Of a stretch of DNA of 64,000 bases, positions 1 to 12,311 are shown one piece after another; within the stretch, counting starts at the first letter, position 1, and every line of letters starts with the position of its first letter. This DNA comes from Tubulanus polymorphus. Its lineage: Eukaryota > Animalia > Nemertea. Where the stretch lies: positions 7,286,485 through 7,350,484 of the forward strand of contig NC_134027.1 of NCBI RefSeq assembly GCF_964204645.1, given 5' to 3'. The position numbers and the translations under genes were made by a program. The notes below the pieces were generated by a model that did not search any database, was not told the DNA's origin, and saw only the letters and a list, made by a program, of their open reading frames with translations.

Positions 1-2
1 AC

Positions 3-1148
3 CTTTAGAGCTGCTGATCTAGCTTCAGGATATGCCAACAGATGTTTGGAAAGTTCCTCTAAACGGGTCACTCTAGACATATTGGATTCCGTTGTTTTTA
101 AAGCAGTCACCAGTGCTCGTGTCCTTCGATTCAAGTCTGCTTTCGTCACCACATTCGCTTTCTTTTTCACTATTTTTGGCTTTGACGAATCCACCGAGCT
201 TTTTCCACTAAACGAAGGAATGATATCACGAACTCTTTCGACGAAAGGTTCCACTGTTGCTAAGACGCCAGATTTTCCAGTCGTAGATTTCGGTTTCTTA
301 TCACTGTTCTCATCATCCACTTTTGCAGATTGTCTCACTCCAAATTCTGAGGGAGAAGATGACGCAGAATTGCTCATTGAAGAGACTTTGGTGAAATAAA
401 GGTGAACCGATTGCTTTGGGCCGCAATCAAAATCACTTATATCCGAGTCTGCCATTTCGCACATAGCCTGTTCGAAATTATGCTGCTCCCTGCTTGAAAC
501 TGTGAGATCTTTTCGAATGAAATCATTTTTCTCAGGTTTGGCGACAAATGTCTCATCACTCTGCATGTTTATATCACTTTTTACTGCTTTTGTTTCATTT
601 CTTGGAGAATTTGTAATATCAGTATTCGGACCAGTGCATTTGCTCATGTCGTCAGAAACTGTATCTTTTTTATGTACATCACCCACTGTGTCAATTAAGC
701 TTGTTTCACCTCTCTCCGAAGGATAAACGTCATTCTTGGGGGATTTCATTCTAAATGCGCTTGGTAAATATTTTTCATAATCTGATAAGAAATTGACTGC
801 TCTTCTCTTCTGAAGTTCCAGGTTCAGAGCTGAAACACTTTTCACAAGATCTCGTAACACCGACCAACTTTTATTATGCGTTTCGGGATTATTGATAACT
901 GTTTCTTTGCTGGTCAAAGTTCGAACATTTCGCGAATAGAATTTTACTAATTTTCCCACTTTTTCAATACCTTGAATTTGATATGATTTTGGCGACATGG
1001 GTTTATTTCTAGTATCTTTGTTTATGGAAGAACTTCCTCGTCTGATACCTTTAGAATGATGGTCTATTTGCGATGTCGTCGATCCAGTTCGATATGTCCA
1101 TCGGTTTGGGCTGTGCAATCTATACATAGAACTTCGTGAAACCAGCAT
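3..1148 (-). CDS. PNPLA8: Calcium-independent phospholipase A2-gamma (patatin-like PNPLA8), large first coding exon; gene continues beyond the window start
   Basis: Manual translation of the - strand from the ATG at 1148 (MLVSRSSMYRLHSP...) ends ...KADLNRRTRALVTALKTTESNMSRVTRLEELSKHLLAYPEARSAALK followed by a GT donor at 2-1. This matches the recalled iPLA2-gamma segment NRTRALVQALRR..RVEELTFHLLEFPE upstream of the patatin domain. Absent from the ORF track because it has no stop inside the window. Confidence 0.8.
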   Translation of the reverse strand, partial: MLVSRSSMYRLHSPNRWTYRTGSTTSQIDHHSKGIRRGSSSINKDTRNKPMSPKSYQIQGIEKVGKLVKFYSRNVRTLTSKETVINNPETHNKSWSVLRDLVKSVSALNLELQKRRAVNFLSDYEKYLPSAFRMKSPKNDVYPSERGETSLIDTVGDVHKKDTVSDDMSKCTGPNTDITNSPRNETKAVKSDINMQSDETFVAKPEKNDFIRKDLTVSSREQHNFEQAMCEMADSDISDFDCGPKQSVHLYFTKVSSMSNSASSSPSEFGVRQSAKVDDENSDKKPKSTTGKSGVLATVEPFVERVRDIIPSFSGKSSVDSSKPKIVKKKANVVTKADLNRRTRALVTALKTTESNMSRVTRLEELSKHLLAYPEARSAALK

Positions 1149-2208
1149 TTTTACGGACGTTTCAACGAATGCTTTCAATATTTAGTCTCTGAAAAGACCA
1201 AATAAGCCATATCGATAATGATAAGCACCTGTAACAATGTTTTGTAAATTAAATAAATTTTATTGAATTGGCAAAAAACTCACTCACTGAATGAATGAAT
1301 TCACCAATCAAAACAACAGCAATCCGTTCTGCATTCTCAGTAAACAGCAATATCAATCGATTCTGAGGATGCTCTTGATCCTTTTTTCACTGAAGTTGTC
1401 ACAGAATCTGGAGAAAATCATCCGAAATGCGTTAAAATCACGCGCTAGGTAAAGAATAATAGTGCTCACATGAATTTTTATTTATTTACTTTCTTGTCAA
1501 TAATCACTTCCGTGTTCCGATCTACAAACGCCGGGCTGTGATTGGCTAGATTATATGGGCTGACCCGCTCGGGTGTTTCCGGAAAACTACGGTCGTTGTT
1601 TACAAACAAACAGCGCGCATGGTGTGGGCGGTGAGTCATTTTCAATTTCAATTCAAATTTTATTCAGCAAAACACACAATATCCAGGGCCCAATTCCACA
1701 ATTGTTTTTGGATATCAGAGCAAGGATCCATTTTCCTCAAACGGTTATAAATACATATGATATTCTGGATCCAGCAAAACTTAACGAAAGTCAAGGTTAA
1801 TTAATTCTCAGACACTCTTGAAAATTAAATTTAACCCAGTCAGAGAAATGCACAATTAGCAGGTCCAGTCGATTTGAAAATACAATCCCATAATAAAGAA
1901 TTAAGTACTTTGATGATTCATTTTAATTCTTAAAATTCAATTTTATTCCGTGCATTCATGAATCTACAGTACATGTAAAAATATTTTGTAGAAGCAACAA
2001 GAATTTATGCTTGATCAAAATTAACAATAAGCAAAACAGAGAACTATATTAAATATGTACATTATCTATAAAATAAATATTCTTTATACCGGGGACAACC
2101 GCTCGCACCCCAGTTTACCTAAAACCATCACTCTACGCTGAAAATCAAGACTAGTTTGAAATATCACCGACTTCTCAAAATCTTATTTAGTTATTAACAA
2201 TTACAAAA

Positions 2209-4249
2209 TTAAACATATTGCGGTAAAATCAGCACACAACAAGCTTTTCCAATTATGCGCATTGGAAACTTTTCGACAATTTCCAATTTGTCATCTTCGC
2301 CGTTATACGCGTGGACGATATTCGAGTAATAATGTTCACCGTTGATACCACCAGCGATATAAATCCGATTGTTCAACACGCAAGAACCGGCCTCGCGAAC
2401 GGCGAGTGAACTTTTACACACGGTCCACTGGTCCAGCGTAGGATTATAACACTCAATACGCGTGCGCGGTACGGCGAAGAAATAACTATCCTCGACATTC
2501 CCGCCAATGATGTATATTTTTCCCTTAACGGTCTCCATCGCGTGATTTGCGCGCGAGGTGAACATTGGCGTTTTTTCTTGCCACAAATCTGTGGCCGAGT
2601 CGTAAGCGAATAGCTGATCGCTGAAACCGTCGAATCTCTGTCCGCCGGAGAGATAAATGATTTCCGTACAAACGGTCGCTGCGTGTCCGTACGTCGCATG
2701 AGGCAGTGAGGATCGCATGCCCCAGTCGTTGCTGCTGATTGAAAAATATTCCATCGAACACATGACCATGTTTTCGTCTTGGCCGGCGATTGCTAGCAAA
2801 GCGTTGCCGCTGTTTAGCGCTACTAGCGAAAAATCTTTACGCGCTTCGTTCATCGAGGCGAGCTCGTACCAGGTATCGAACCGCGGGTCATAGCGAAAAC
2901 AACGCGCCGTTGCTATCTCATTCGAGTCGTTGTTGTCGTATTTTCCGCCGCACGCGTACATGAAATTATTGACGACGCAAACGCACGGATTGTACAACGG
3001 CACAATTGAGTCGCGTAACAGCGCATGCTTTTTAGTCATTAAATTATAGGACTCGAGATTTTCGGCATGACACATGACTAAACTCGGTTTATCAGAGCGT
3101 ACTTGAGTTCGACTTGTCTGTAACAACGGTTGTTTACTGACAACGATGTGATAATCTTTGGCTGCTGTCAATAACTCTGTGCAATGTTTGTTCTGCTGCA
3201 TGACATCAATTTTGCTAACCTTTTCGACCAGTTCTTCACCGGTCAACAATGGCAGGCGAATACCGCCCATCAACTGTGGTAGGTGTTCCTCCCGACATTG
3301 CGGGTCATTATTTACCCATTTTAGTATGATTTCGAACAATTTGTATTCCGACTCCACTTTGAGACTATTTTCTTGAAGAAGCCAGCCGAGCTGGTGGCTA
3401 TTCAGTTTATCAAACTGCTCATTATCAGCTAAATTTTCGAATGATTCCAGGATGAAATTCTTCGCCTTTTCACCTGTTGATTTTAAAGTGTAAAGTTCAG
3501 ACAGATTGAGTATATCAATACAGTTTTCCACGGTTATCGCAGATTCTAGGTATTTACAACACAGATCCATTGCTTCTGTAATCTGCAGGTGTGAGGCTGC
3601 AGATAATACATCTTCAATATTTTCAACGGTCAGCTGTAAATTTAGAGAAACATGCATGTGATGAGCTGCAAAAATCAATTAATAAGACGTGACTGCCACT
3701 TTTTACCAATCTAACTTACTTTCAGAATGCCAGCATAAGCAAAATGTACTACCGCTTTCAAACCTTCTGAACTAACACCATGTAGTTCAACGCTGTCCTG
3801 ATGACACTCAACCATATCGCTGGTCAACATAGCACAAAAATAATCACTGCAAGCAGCCATCACTGCTTTATGTACCTTAGAATAAAAGCATGAGGCATGA
3901 AAACAGCTGTATTGATTTTTTTTAATACTATCAAAGTGGACTAAGAAGTATGAGATTCATTAGTCAGTAACCTGCCACAATCAGATACTTTCACAAACCA
4001 CATTAGTATAAATTCATTTGATTATTAAAGTTTACAACAATGATAAGGTAACCAACCAGTAGTTAATATGCTTACATGTAAGGCTGTGCCACCAGCTGTT
4101 AGAACAAGATCGCACAAAATACCAGACTCCTGAAGTCTGCGTAATCCAGATAGAATCTTTGAACCATAGTTAACAGATGACAATGTTTTGATCCTCCTAA
4201 CAATGGTGCTTGGTACTGATTTCTGTATAGTTGGTTGTATTGTATCCAT
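2209..4249 (-). CDS. BTB-BACK-Kelch protein (KLHL9/13/26/36-like); exons 4249-4076, 3875-3720, 3633-2209
   Basis: BTB motif LCDLVL..HVHKAVMAACSDYFCAM split by GT-AG introns in phase; BACK domain (LQENSLKVESEYKLFEIILKWV); Kelch repeats (YACGGK, RYDPRFDTW, YIIGG, YIAGG); stop TAA at 2211-2209. Confidence 0.9.
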
Positions 4250-5350
4250 CGTGTAACTAATGTTTTCAATATCTCTGGAAAAGAATCATAAATATAAAAT
4301 GAAATTGATTGGCTTCTCCGCCTTATGAGACGAGGCGCAACAATTAAACTTGAATGCCTTATAAACATTTCTATGAATGAAGCAACATTTACACATTGAA
4401 CGTGAAATATGTTAATTGACACTAAAACAGGGTGATGTCAAGATCGACAATGTTACCATTCAAAATGGACAGGACAAGACTCGAGTATAAAGTTTAGTAA
4501 GTGGTATAAGACTAAGTAGTAAAACTAAAACTTAGTAGTTTAGGTAGCAACCTGTGGGCCTGCCTGGGGCCAACATGACGTCCACTTTCGTCTTTCTTAT
4601 CAATTAACGCCCATGCTTTATTGAGGCAACTTATATGACAGATACAATACTACGCAAGCTTGTGACATACCGTCCCTCCTTACCTTTGATTGCAGTTAAG
4701 TCCGCATTATTATTGTTAACGTTATATTGTTTTGTTGACTAGTTTAATAAACAGATTAAGGACTCGACGCGTGAAACGAAAGGTGTATTGTACTAAGTAT
4801 CAAAATAAAACATTCTAAACATTGTAACAAATGTTTCAACCATAAACCAATTCTATGAAACTAGACTTATGGATTATTTGTTTTTTATTCTAAGCAAAAA
4901 ATGAGTGTTATCAATTAATTTTGACCACCTTTTTTGTTTTAACAATTTGGGGACAGTAATTTCGTTTGTAATGTTTGTGACCTGAAACCTCATCAAGCCG
5001 AAGTTTCGTTCTGTAGAAGTATCGATAAAGGTTAATGATTTACTTTATTTACGAATATGAACTGAATCCAGTTTTTATAGTTACAGTTTGGATTTGGCAT
5101 ACAATATACAGAATTCAACCCCAGTCCACTGCCCCAGCACTTAATGGAGTGTTTTTGTCCATTATTGATGTTGGGTCTGCTTTAAAACGAAACCTAAGGC
5201 TAAATCAAGAAAGCTTTTACCACTGAATAACTCTTGCAATAAGTTATATGTTCTTGTATTACAATGGTATTTTGATTATGATTACTATTATTGTAACCTC
5301 TTTGATGTAAAGCGCTATGATTATTTCATAGTATAGCGCTAAAACAAATA

Positions 5351-5354
<4 letters not shown>

Positions 5355-5413
<59 letters not shown>

Positions 5414-5420
5414 CATTATT
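5355..5420. repeat. (ATT)n microsatellite
   Basis: About 20 tandem ATT units visible directly. Confidence 0.95.
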
Positions 5421-5571
5421 ACAGTGGCACATGAGAAAATAATATACAGGATGATAAGATGATGATTTATTATTCTGTTTTCAAGCTGATGGATACTGAC
5501 TGAGAAAAATACGCATCAGTAGGACCTACATGTGGGCTAGAGTTCCTGCTTAATAGTGATGGCTGGGAAAG

Positions 5572-8106
5572 ATGAAACGAAATAAAGCGTGTAGATTTAT
5601 TATGCTTCTATTGATACTGGTCACCTTGTACCTAGGTTTCTTAGGTGTGAATTATTTTCCTGTTTGGCAAAGACAGCTTACACGTGGGCCTGCCGCTGCC
5701 ATTACAAGTGAGTATTGAAAGGCTCAATCACGGCAATTGATTCGAAGTTTGCTTACAAACTACTTATTTTTAGCCCACTTGGGACTTTAGTCCCAGCGGG
5801 CTATTGCGTTCACTCTTCGTCCGTCGTCCGTCCGTCCGTAGACGGAATCCAGTTATTTTGGGAAGTTTTGAAGACGCTTCAATGTAATGTCTTGATATTT
5901 GGGTTACACATGTATCTACCCTAGACACATCTTCAGCCCAAAAACTGGCCCTGTCAGAATCAAGATGGCCGACTGGCGGTCATTGTTTTTCGCCAAAATC
6001 AGCACTATTTACACATTTTTGAACTTTTTGAGGGAAATTTTGAAGACGCTTTGATCAATTACCTTGATCTTTCGGATATATGTGAATTCCCCCAGGGCCC
6101 ATCAGCATAACAAAAATTGGGTCGATCGGACTCAAGATGGCCGTCCTATGACCTTTTTAGTGCCCAAAAATGTTAATTTTGGCCCAAATTCTGAGTCCTG
6201 TAGCTTCCTACTGGTTTATCAATTCTCATTGCAATTTGTGATGGGTATTCTTTGGAAAGGGATGTTTTATACCTGAGACAGGTATTTTTCATCAGCCAAT
6301 TATGACGCAATTGGCGGCCATCTTGGTGTCAGCACTACTCATTCCTAAGTGGGAAAAAGTTTTTCCACATTATATTGATACCTAAGCGTATTTTGTTACC
6401 ACAATAATTTAGAAAGTTGTAGCTCATAACGTGTTCTATAATTGTGGTGAGTTTCAAGGTCATTGGTTTTTGTATATGGCCACTAGGGGGCGTTGAATAA
6501 TGCAATATCTTAGTATTTCGATATTATATTCGTATCAATGCATATTTTGTAACCACAATCAATTGCAAAGTTGTAGCTCATGACATCATCTGTGATTGTG
6601 GCAAGTTTTAAGGCCATTAGTTATTCTATATGGTCACCAGGGGGCGTTGAATAGTAGAATAACTTAGTATTTCCTCATTATATTGGTACCTAGGCATATT
6701 TTGTTACCATGATCAATTACAAAGTTATAGTTCGTGACATGTTCTATGATTATGGTGAGTTTCAAGGTCATTGGGTTTTGAATATGGTCAACAGGGGGCG
6801 TTGAAAAGTAGAATAACTTAGTATTTCCATATTAAAGTGGTAACGAGGCATATTTTGTTATCACAATCAATTACAAAATCGTAGCTGCTGACATGTTCTA
6901 TGATTGTGGTGAGTTTCAAGGTCATTGGATTCTGTATATGGTCACCAGGGGGCGTTGAATATTGAAATTGTTAGATTGTTGAGCATTTGGAACCACTTCC
7001 CAAGTGGGCATGGTGTCCCTGGACCCCTAGTTTATGAATCATGATTACTCATCTTTTTAGACACTGGCTCATTTGATCAAGATGAAACATCCTATAAGGT
7101 AGGTTCACAAGGAATTAGTTGATGGGGTTTAACATTGTATGTTTCTATTTTTCAATGCAGCGATGAATTCCACCCAGAACAAACGGCTTTTCGTCTCATT
7201 ACATTCTTAATTCATCTTCTTTCTTTAAAGGATATTAACTACACAGCTCGTCTTGAACAAGTTCGCAATGTCTGTCAAACACTACCTGAATATGGCAAAC
7301 GTGTACACGTTAAAGCCACCAAACTTCAAGATATATTCGTCAACGATAAATACAAGTTCTTATATTGTGCGATACCAAAAGTCAGTTCGACGACTTGGAA
7401 AAAACTATTATTAAAACTATCCGGATTTGATGTCGATTTCAATGTTTCAGCGACAGAAATCTACGATTTCGACAAACAGTATCGTAGAGGATTAGAATCG
7501 ATGTCGCTGAAACATTATTCAGCAGCAGGGATAAAATATCGGTTGAAGAATTATTTCAAGTTTGTCGTTGTGCGTGATCCATTGGAGCGATTGTTGAGCG
7601 CGTATCGGAACAAGTTTCATAATGAAAATAATACTTACTTTCCGCATACGTACGGCCGTCAGATAATCGGTTTATATCGGAAAAATCCATCTTCACAGGA
7701 TATGCATACAGGTGCTGACGTTTCATTTGCCGAATTTGTGCAGTTTGTTGTCGATCCATTAACAGGTGATGAGCAAAAATCAAATGCTCACTGGAAAACT
7801 TATTACGACCTGTGTTTGCCGTGTGTCGTGAAATACAATCTCATCGCGAAGTATGAGACATTGGCTGCCGATGCGCGACATATTCTCAAACTTCTTAATG
7901 TGGCTGATCAAATCAAGTTTCCGAAACGAAGTTTGAACTATCAATACACGCAAACATCTGAACTTGTCGAGGAAGCATATCGTAACGTATCGATGTGGCA
8001 GTTGAAAGCTTTATGGGATACTTTTCGACTGGATTTTGAAATGTTTGGTTATGAATTTCAAGCATCTAAGTCTAAAAAGCTAGCACATGAAAGCATTACA
8101 TTTTGA
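5572..8106 (+). CDS. Golgi carbohydrate sulfotransferase (Sulfotransfer_2; CHST8-14/HNK-1ST family); exons 5572-5707, 7061-7098, 7231-8106
   Basis: Exon 1 encodes a type II TM anchor (MKRNKACRFIMLLLILVTLYLGFLGV). Exons join in frame via GT-AG. PAPS-binding motifs YCAIPKVSSTTWK and VVRDPLERLLSAYRNKF, plus HW..YYDLCLPC and DFEMFGY. Confidence 0.88.
5767..7032 (+). mobile_element. Non-autonomous Helentron/HINE (DINE-1-like) element with internal ~154-bp tandem repeats, in sulfotransferase intron 1
   Basis: T-run start; subterminal inverted repeats GCCCACTTGGGA (5773-5784) / TCCCAAGTGGGC (6998-7009); (GTCC)n microsatellite at ~5818-5838; GGGGGCGTTGAA recurs at ~6486, 6640, 6794, 6947; 3' hairpin GTCC-CT-GGAC then CTAGTT. 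Confidence 0.7.
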
Positions 8107-11100
8107 TAGTACTCAGGGCAGGTATTGAAACTGGGCTTAGTGACAATCACTTTGGAAAATCTAAGAATCGAATTATCAGTATTTTTCTCTCTGATGAAGA
8201 TTTATTTCATTGAAGGGGTCAATGATCCTGTGAATATGGCTTAACAAAATTCATAATTTATAGAAACTTATAATTGAAAGCAGAATTGCCAAATATATGA
8301 ATGATGTATCATTATTTATTGAATGAAATTAAAAATTCTATGAATTTTTGATGAAATGCATAGATAAAGACTAAATGTCTACATTTTGTAATTGCTTATC
8401 TATTAATCATTATACTGCATATGTTGTTTCATTATTACAATGATAATCTATATGCTGGTAAAAAAACAGGTATTTTATGCATTTACTATTATATATCTAA
8501 TATATTAAGTGTTAATTATAGAATCATGCATTTATAGCAACTAATTTACACAGAAGTTTAACTCTCTGGTGATTTATTGGTACGCAAACATTTTTTTGTC
8601 AATGAGATTTTTGAAAAAGATTCATTTGATACCGTAGCAAGAGATAGAGTTTTAGTTTGATCTGGAAATCATTGGTATCCAGACAGGTTGTGGGGCTAAT
8701 TTAGTTTTTGGAAATGTTTTCATTGTTATCAGTCTAAAATCGGTGCTACTGACTTTTTTGAATCAACATGTTCTATGTAAAATGTGAATTCTTTTTTGTA
8801 TAAAGAAAATACTGAAGGAATATTATCATCATATATATCAGGGAATTGGTTCTGGCAAAGTAGTATCAGAATTTGCTTTCATATAAACAGTAAAACCAAC
8901 TACAATAAGAAATCTATATTTGTTTTATAATCAGTAAAAACAACAATTGTTTGCAATAATTCAGTATTGGAGAAAAAGGTTTACATTAGGAAAGGTTTTT
9001 CAGAGCAGCATAGATATTTTTTTCTGAAATACTTGTGAGATACAATTAATAGTCTATACATAGTTTTTTGAAAAGTGAGAAATCTTTACTAAAAGTTGAT
9101 TTTTGTTATTTAGTCATTATTATGACTTCATTGATAATGCAATACATGTATTTTTTTCGATTTTGATAGTTATGAATAAAGGAAATTTATATCATAGTAT
9201 TACAGCACAGCAATGTTTTTTGGTTGAGGTGTTGCGACTCCATCAGGGAGTGAACTATAGCTTGCTAAAGTTCAAAACGTGATAAGTCCTATTTCTGGAT
9301 GTTCGGCGGACTATTATATGGAAGCCCTGAGACGAAATTGCCAGTTGCTAGTTGCCAGTTGCCAAATGCTTCTTGTTTGCTAACTCAGTTTGCTTGCTTG
9401 AGTACCTATTCTGTCTTCGAAAAGAAAGGCTCAAATAAATTTTTTCCCTTACCAATCTTATCCATAGGCAAACATTTACATGTTAACGGCATTAAAATAC
9501 CTTGGAAAAAAACAGATACTATCATTTTAAGACCGAAAACAAGAAACGAAATTCTTAATATGGACTTTCCTAGATTTACATGATGATGTACCGTTTAATC
9601 CAGTATCAAAAATTAAGAAAGTAATTTGGGTTTTTCAAATTATGAGTGGTAAGCGCAATGAAGTTGTTGGCTAAATTTCCTGAGGATCCACGCTGCAAGT
9701 AATCTAAAAAGCCTAATGTGTCTCCACTCAATTGATTAAGAATTTTTATGAATTAAAATCTGTCGATTGCCGGGGTTTTGCATCATGCACTCAATCCACT
9801 CGCGTCGGATCTGGGACCGCAAAGACGTGGGACATAGGCTACTGAATGAAACATAATGTGATTCATACCTTCCACAGCCAAATCTCCAATAGTTTACCAC
9901 CTAAATTGCAAACCAACCTCCTTGGAATATATCTTTCAGGGTCGGTTTTGGTTTTTTAATGAGAAATATTGTAACTAGGCATACTTTCAATATTATGGAA
10001 ACTATGTTAAAAACATGTTTTTTTATATCAGATGCATTTGCCTTTATCCATCGCTTTCTCAACGGATTTCTTCCCAGATTCTGATAAAATGGCCCCCTGT
10101 CCTTGGTGTAGACTTAGGTGCTCATTTTTATGGTACTGTTTGAGTTTGATATGAATCTTGACGTGAACAAATCTACGCAGTGTGATTTGAACTACTAGAC
10201 ATTCCCTGAGATGCTATACTCTCTCATTCGACCACACTCTCAAGTCTAGCAATTGAAATTCGGATATTTTTGCCTAGATATGCCCTCGTGGTGTAATTAG
10301 CTTCAAGCCCAAGCTACTTCAAGCATGGGATATCCTGCATTTTTCATATTTTCCTTTTCGATTTTGTTTATGTTGCGTCAAGGCTTTTGTAGTTGGATAA
10401 TGTAAGCCTACATGGTCAGGCCTACCTCCTTTGCGTTACTTTTTCCATTACGGTACGGTAACGCAATTAACTAGGCCCCGAGAGGATAACCTAATTCTTT
10501 CTAACATTTGTTACCCGAAGATTATTTCGCTTCTATCTTTCAGTGGGCCAACGAGTTGTTGTTTGTGAAATCTGAATTTGAACATAATTTGTATTTTGAA
10601 TTTTTAAACTATTAACTTTGACGTGGAGAAAAATAGAACAATCTACTGTTCGGATAATTATCATTTAATTATCTAGCTCTACCCCTGAAAATGGATCCAA
10701 TATGATTTATAGTCTTGGAATACCACAAGACACGAACGACGTAAGCTAAGCAAGATAAGTAAACGGTAGGCTTCCGTACAAATACAGGTAGAGTATATTA
10801 ATCGATTAGTTTATGTATTCGCCACAGTATTTAGGGCAGCACTAGACGATTGAGATTTGACAGAGCTGTGGCATGCGAGCAGGAAATTTATCCGCGATCC
10901 TTTAATCCTACCCTCACAATTAGATATTAGTCAATAATCCTAGGTCTTAAATCTAATTTGTATTTAAAGTAAACATTAGAACATCGATCAAAACGGGTTT
11001 TCAATTGACGTGGACTGAAAATCAGTTCCGTTCAATAAAATATCTACATTTATGTTTGCATTTGATACTGTAGACTGCGGGAATTTCTCCACAATCGTTC

Positions 11101-11270
11101 AATCGAGTACTAGTCTTTGACACGATCAGATGGCGTTCTCTCGAGCTCTTCAGCTTTTGCTGTGTTTCCTGGCGATCTTGTGGCGCGGTGTTTTTCGGAG
11201 TGGTGACGTGGCGCCGGTGGTGGTGGTGGATGGAGTTATGTGTGCGGTGGATGGAGTTGTGTGCGCGGTG

Positions 11271-11550
11271 CAGGGGCGGATCCAGGTTGCCTTCCATGCC
11301 TTCCGGAAGGCAGTCAAAATTTTTAGGTTCCCTCAAAAATCAAAGTAATAAATTTTTCTTTAAACTCTGAGAAAAAAATTGCCCCTGGCATGCTTTCGAA
11401 AAACGAAGTGGTGGTTTTCCGATGGAATTCGGGCGTCGCCGCTGCGCGGCTCGCTGACTCAAGTGCAGACAATTTCTCTTATGATTACAATAATATGCCC
11501 TATTAAATCTAGGAAGGCAATCAAGTTTTTGCCCTCTTGATCCGCCTCTG
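11271..11550. mobile_element. 280-bp MITE (CAG-terminated TIRs)
   Basis: TIR CAGGGGCGGATC / GATCCGCCTCTG; CGGTG duplicated at 11266-11270 and 11551-11555; absent from the paralogous site in copy B (~30985-31040). Confidence 0.75.
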
Positions 11551-11697
11551 CGGTGTGTGCAGGAGGAGTGAATGGAGTTTATATGTGTCGTATGAATGTG
11601 TGGTATATTTTATATCTTATTTTTTTCATTATTTTTCTATATTATTTATGTTTTTTCATTTTTTTTTCTTTCATTTCATTCGCCCCCGCCCTATCAA

Positions 11698-12311
11698 TCT
11701 CAGGGTTTCAACTGGCAGCGGCAGAGTCGGAGTTCTCTAACATGGCCTCGCACCAGCTAGTGGTGGAGTGTTGATGATGCGGATGTTACCACGGGGGACC
11801 TGCGATCAGAATAAGATGGGGGTGGTAGCAATCTTCGACTGAGGGGGCTGTTGGATCTTTAGGTCCCCAGTTTGGTCCATTCTAGTCTGAATCTGCTGGT
11901 TCATTGCCTAAGGCTACCCATTGGCATCTTGCTGATGGGCTCCCCGTTCACCCAGTTATTCCTCTGTCATCTGGGTGTCGGTTGTCTTAGGTGGTGTGCT
12001 CAATTCTCAATTGGGTCCCCAGTTAGGTCCATTCTGGTCTGAATCGGCTGGTTTCTTCGCCTAAGGCTACCCATTGGCATCTTGCTGATGGGCTCCCCGT
12101 TTTTCTCTCTCATCTGGGTGCCGGTTGTCTTTTGGTGTTGATGCTTGAAGATCGGATATCCCCCGAAGCCGAAGTTGTTTGTCGCTTCCCGTCTTACTCT
12201 GATTGCGGGTCCTCCGTAGTAACACCAGTGTCATCGGCACCCCGTCACTAGCTGGGACGAGGCCACGTTAGAGAACTCTGACTCTGCCGCTGCCAGTTGA
12301 AACCCTGAGAA
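11698..12311 (+). ncRNA. Candidate long hairpin RNA (copy A): ~160-bp imperfect stem with a structured repeat loop
   Basis: 11698-~11860 pairs with ~12150-12311 (TCTCAGGGTTTCAACTGGCAGCGGCAGAGTC / GACTCTGCCGCTGCCAGTTGAAACCCTGAGA). Most mismatches form G:U pairs on the + strand. Expression is not shown. Confidence 0.5.

Noticed and set aside
46-726. + strand ORFs 46-399 and 502-726
   Set aside because: Antisense shadows of the PNPLA8 exon on the - strand.
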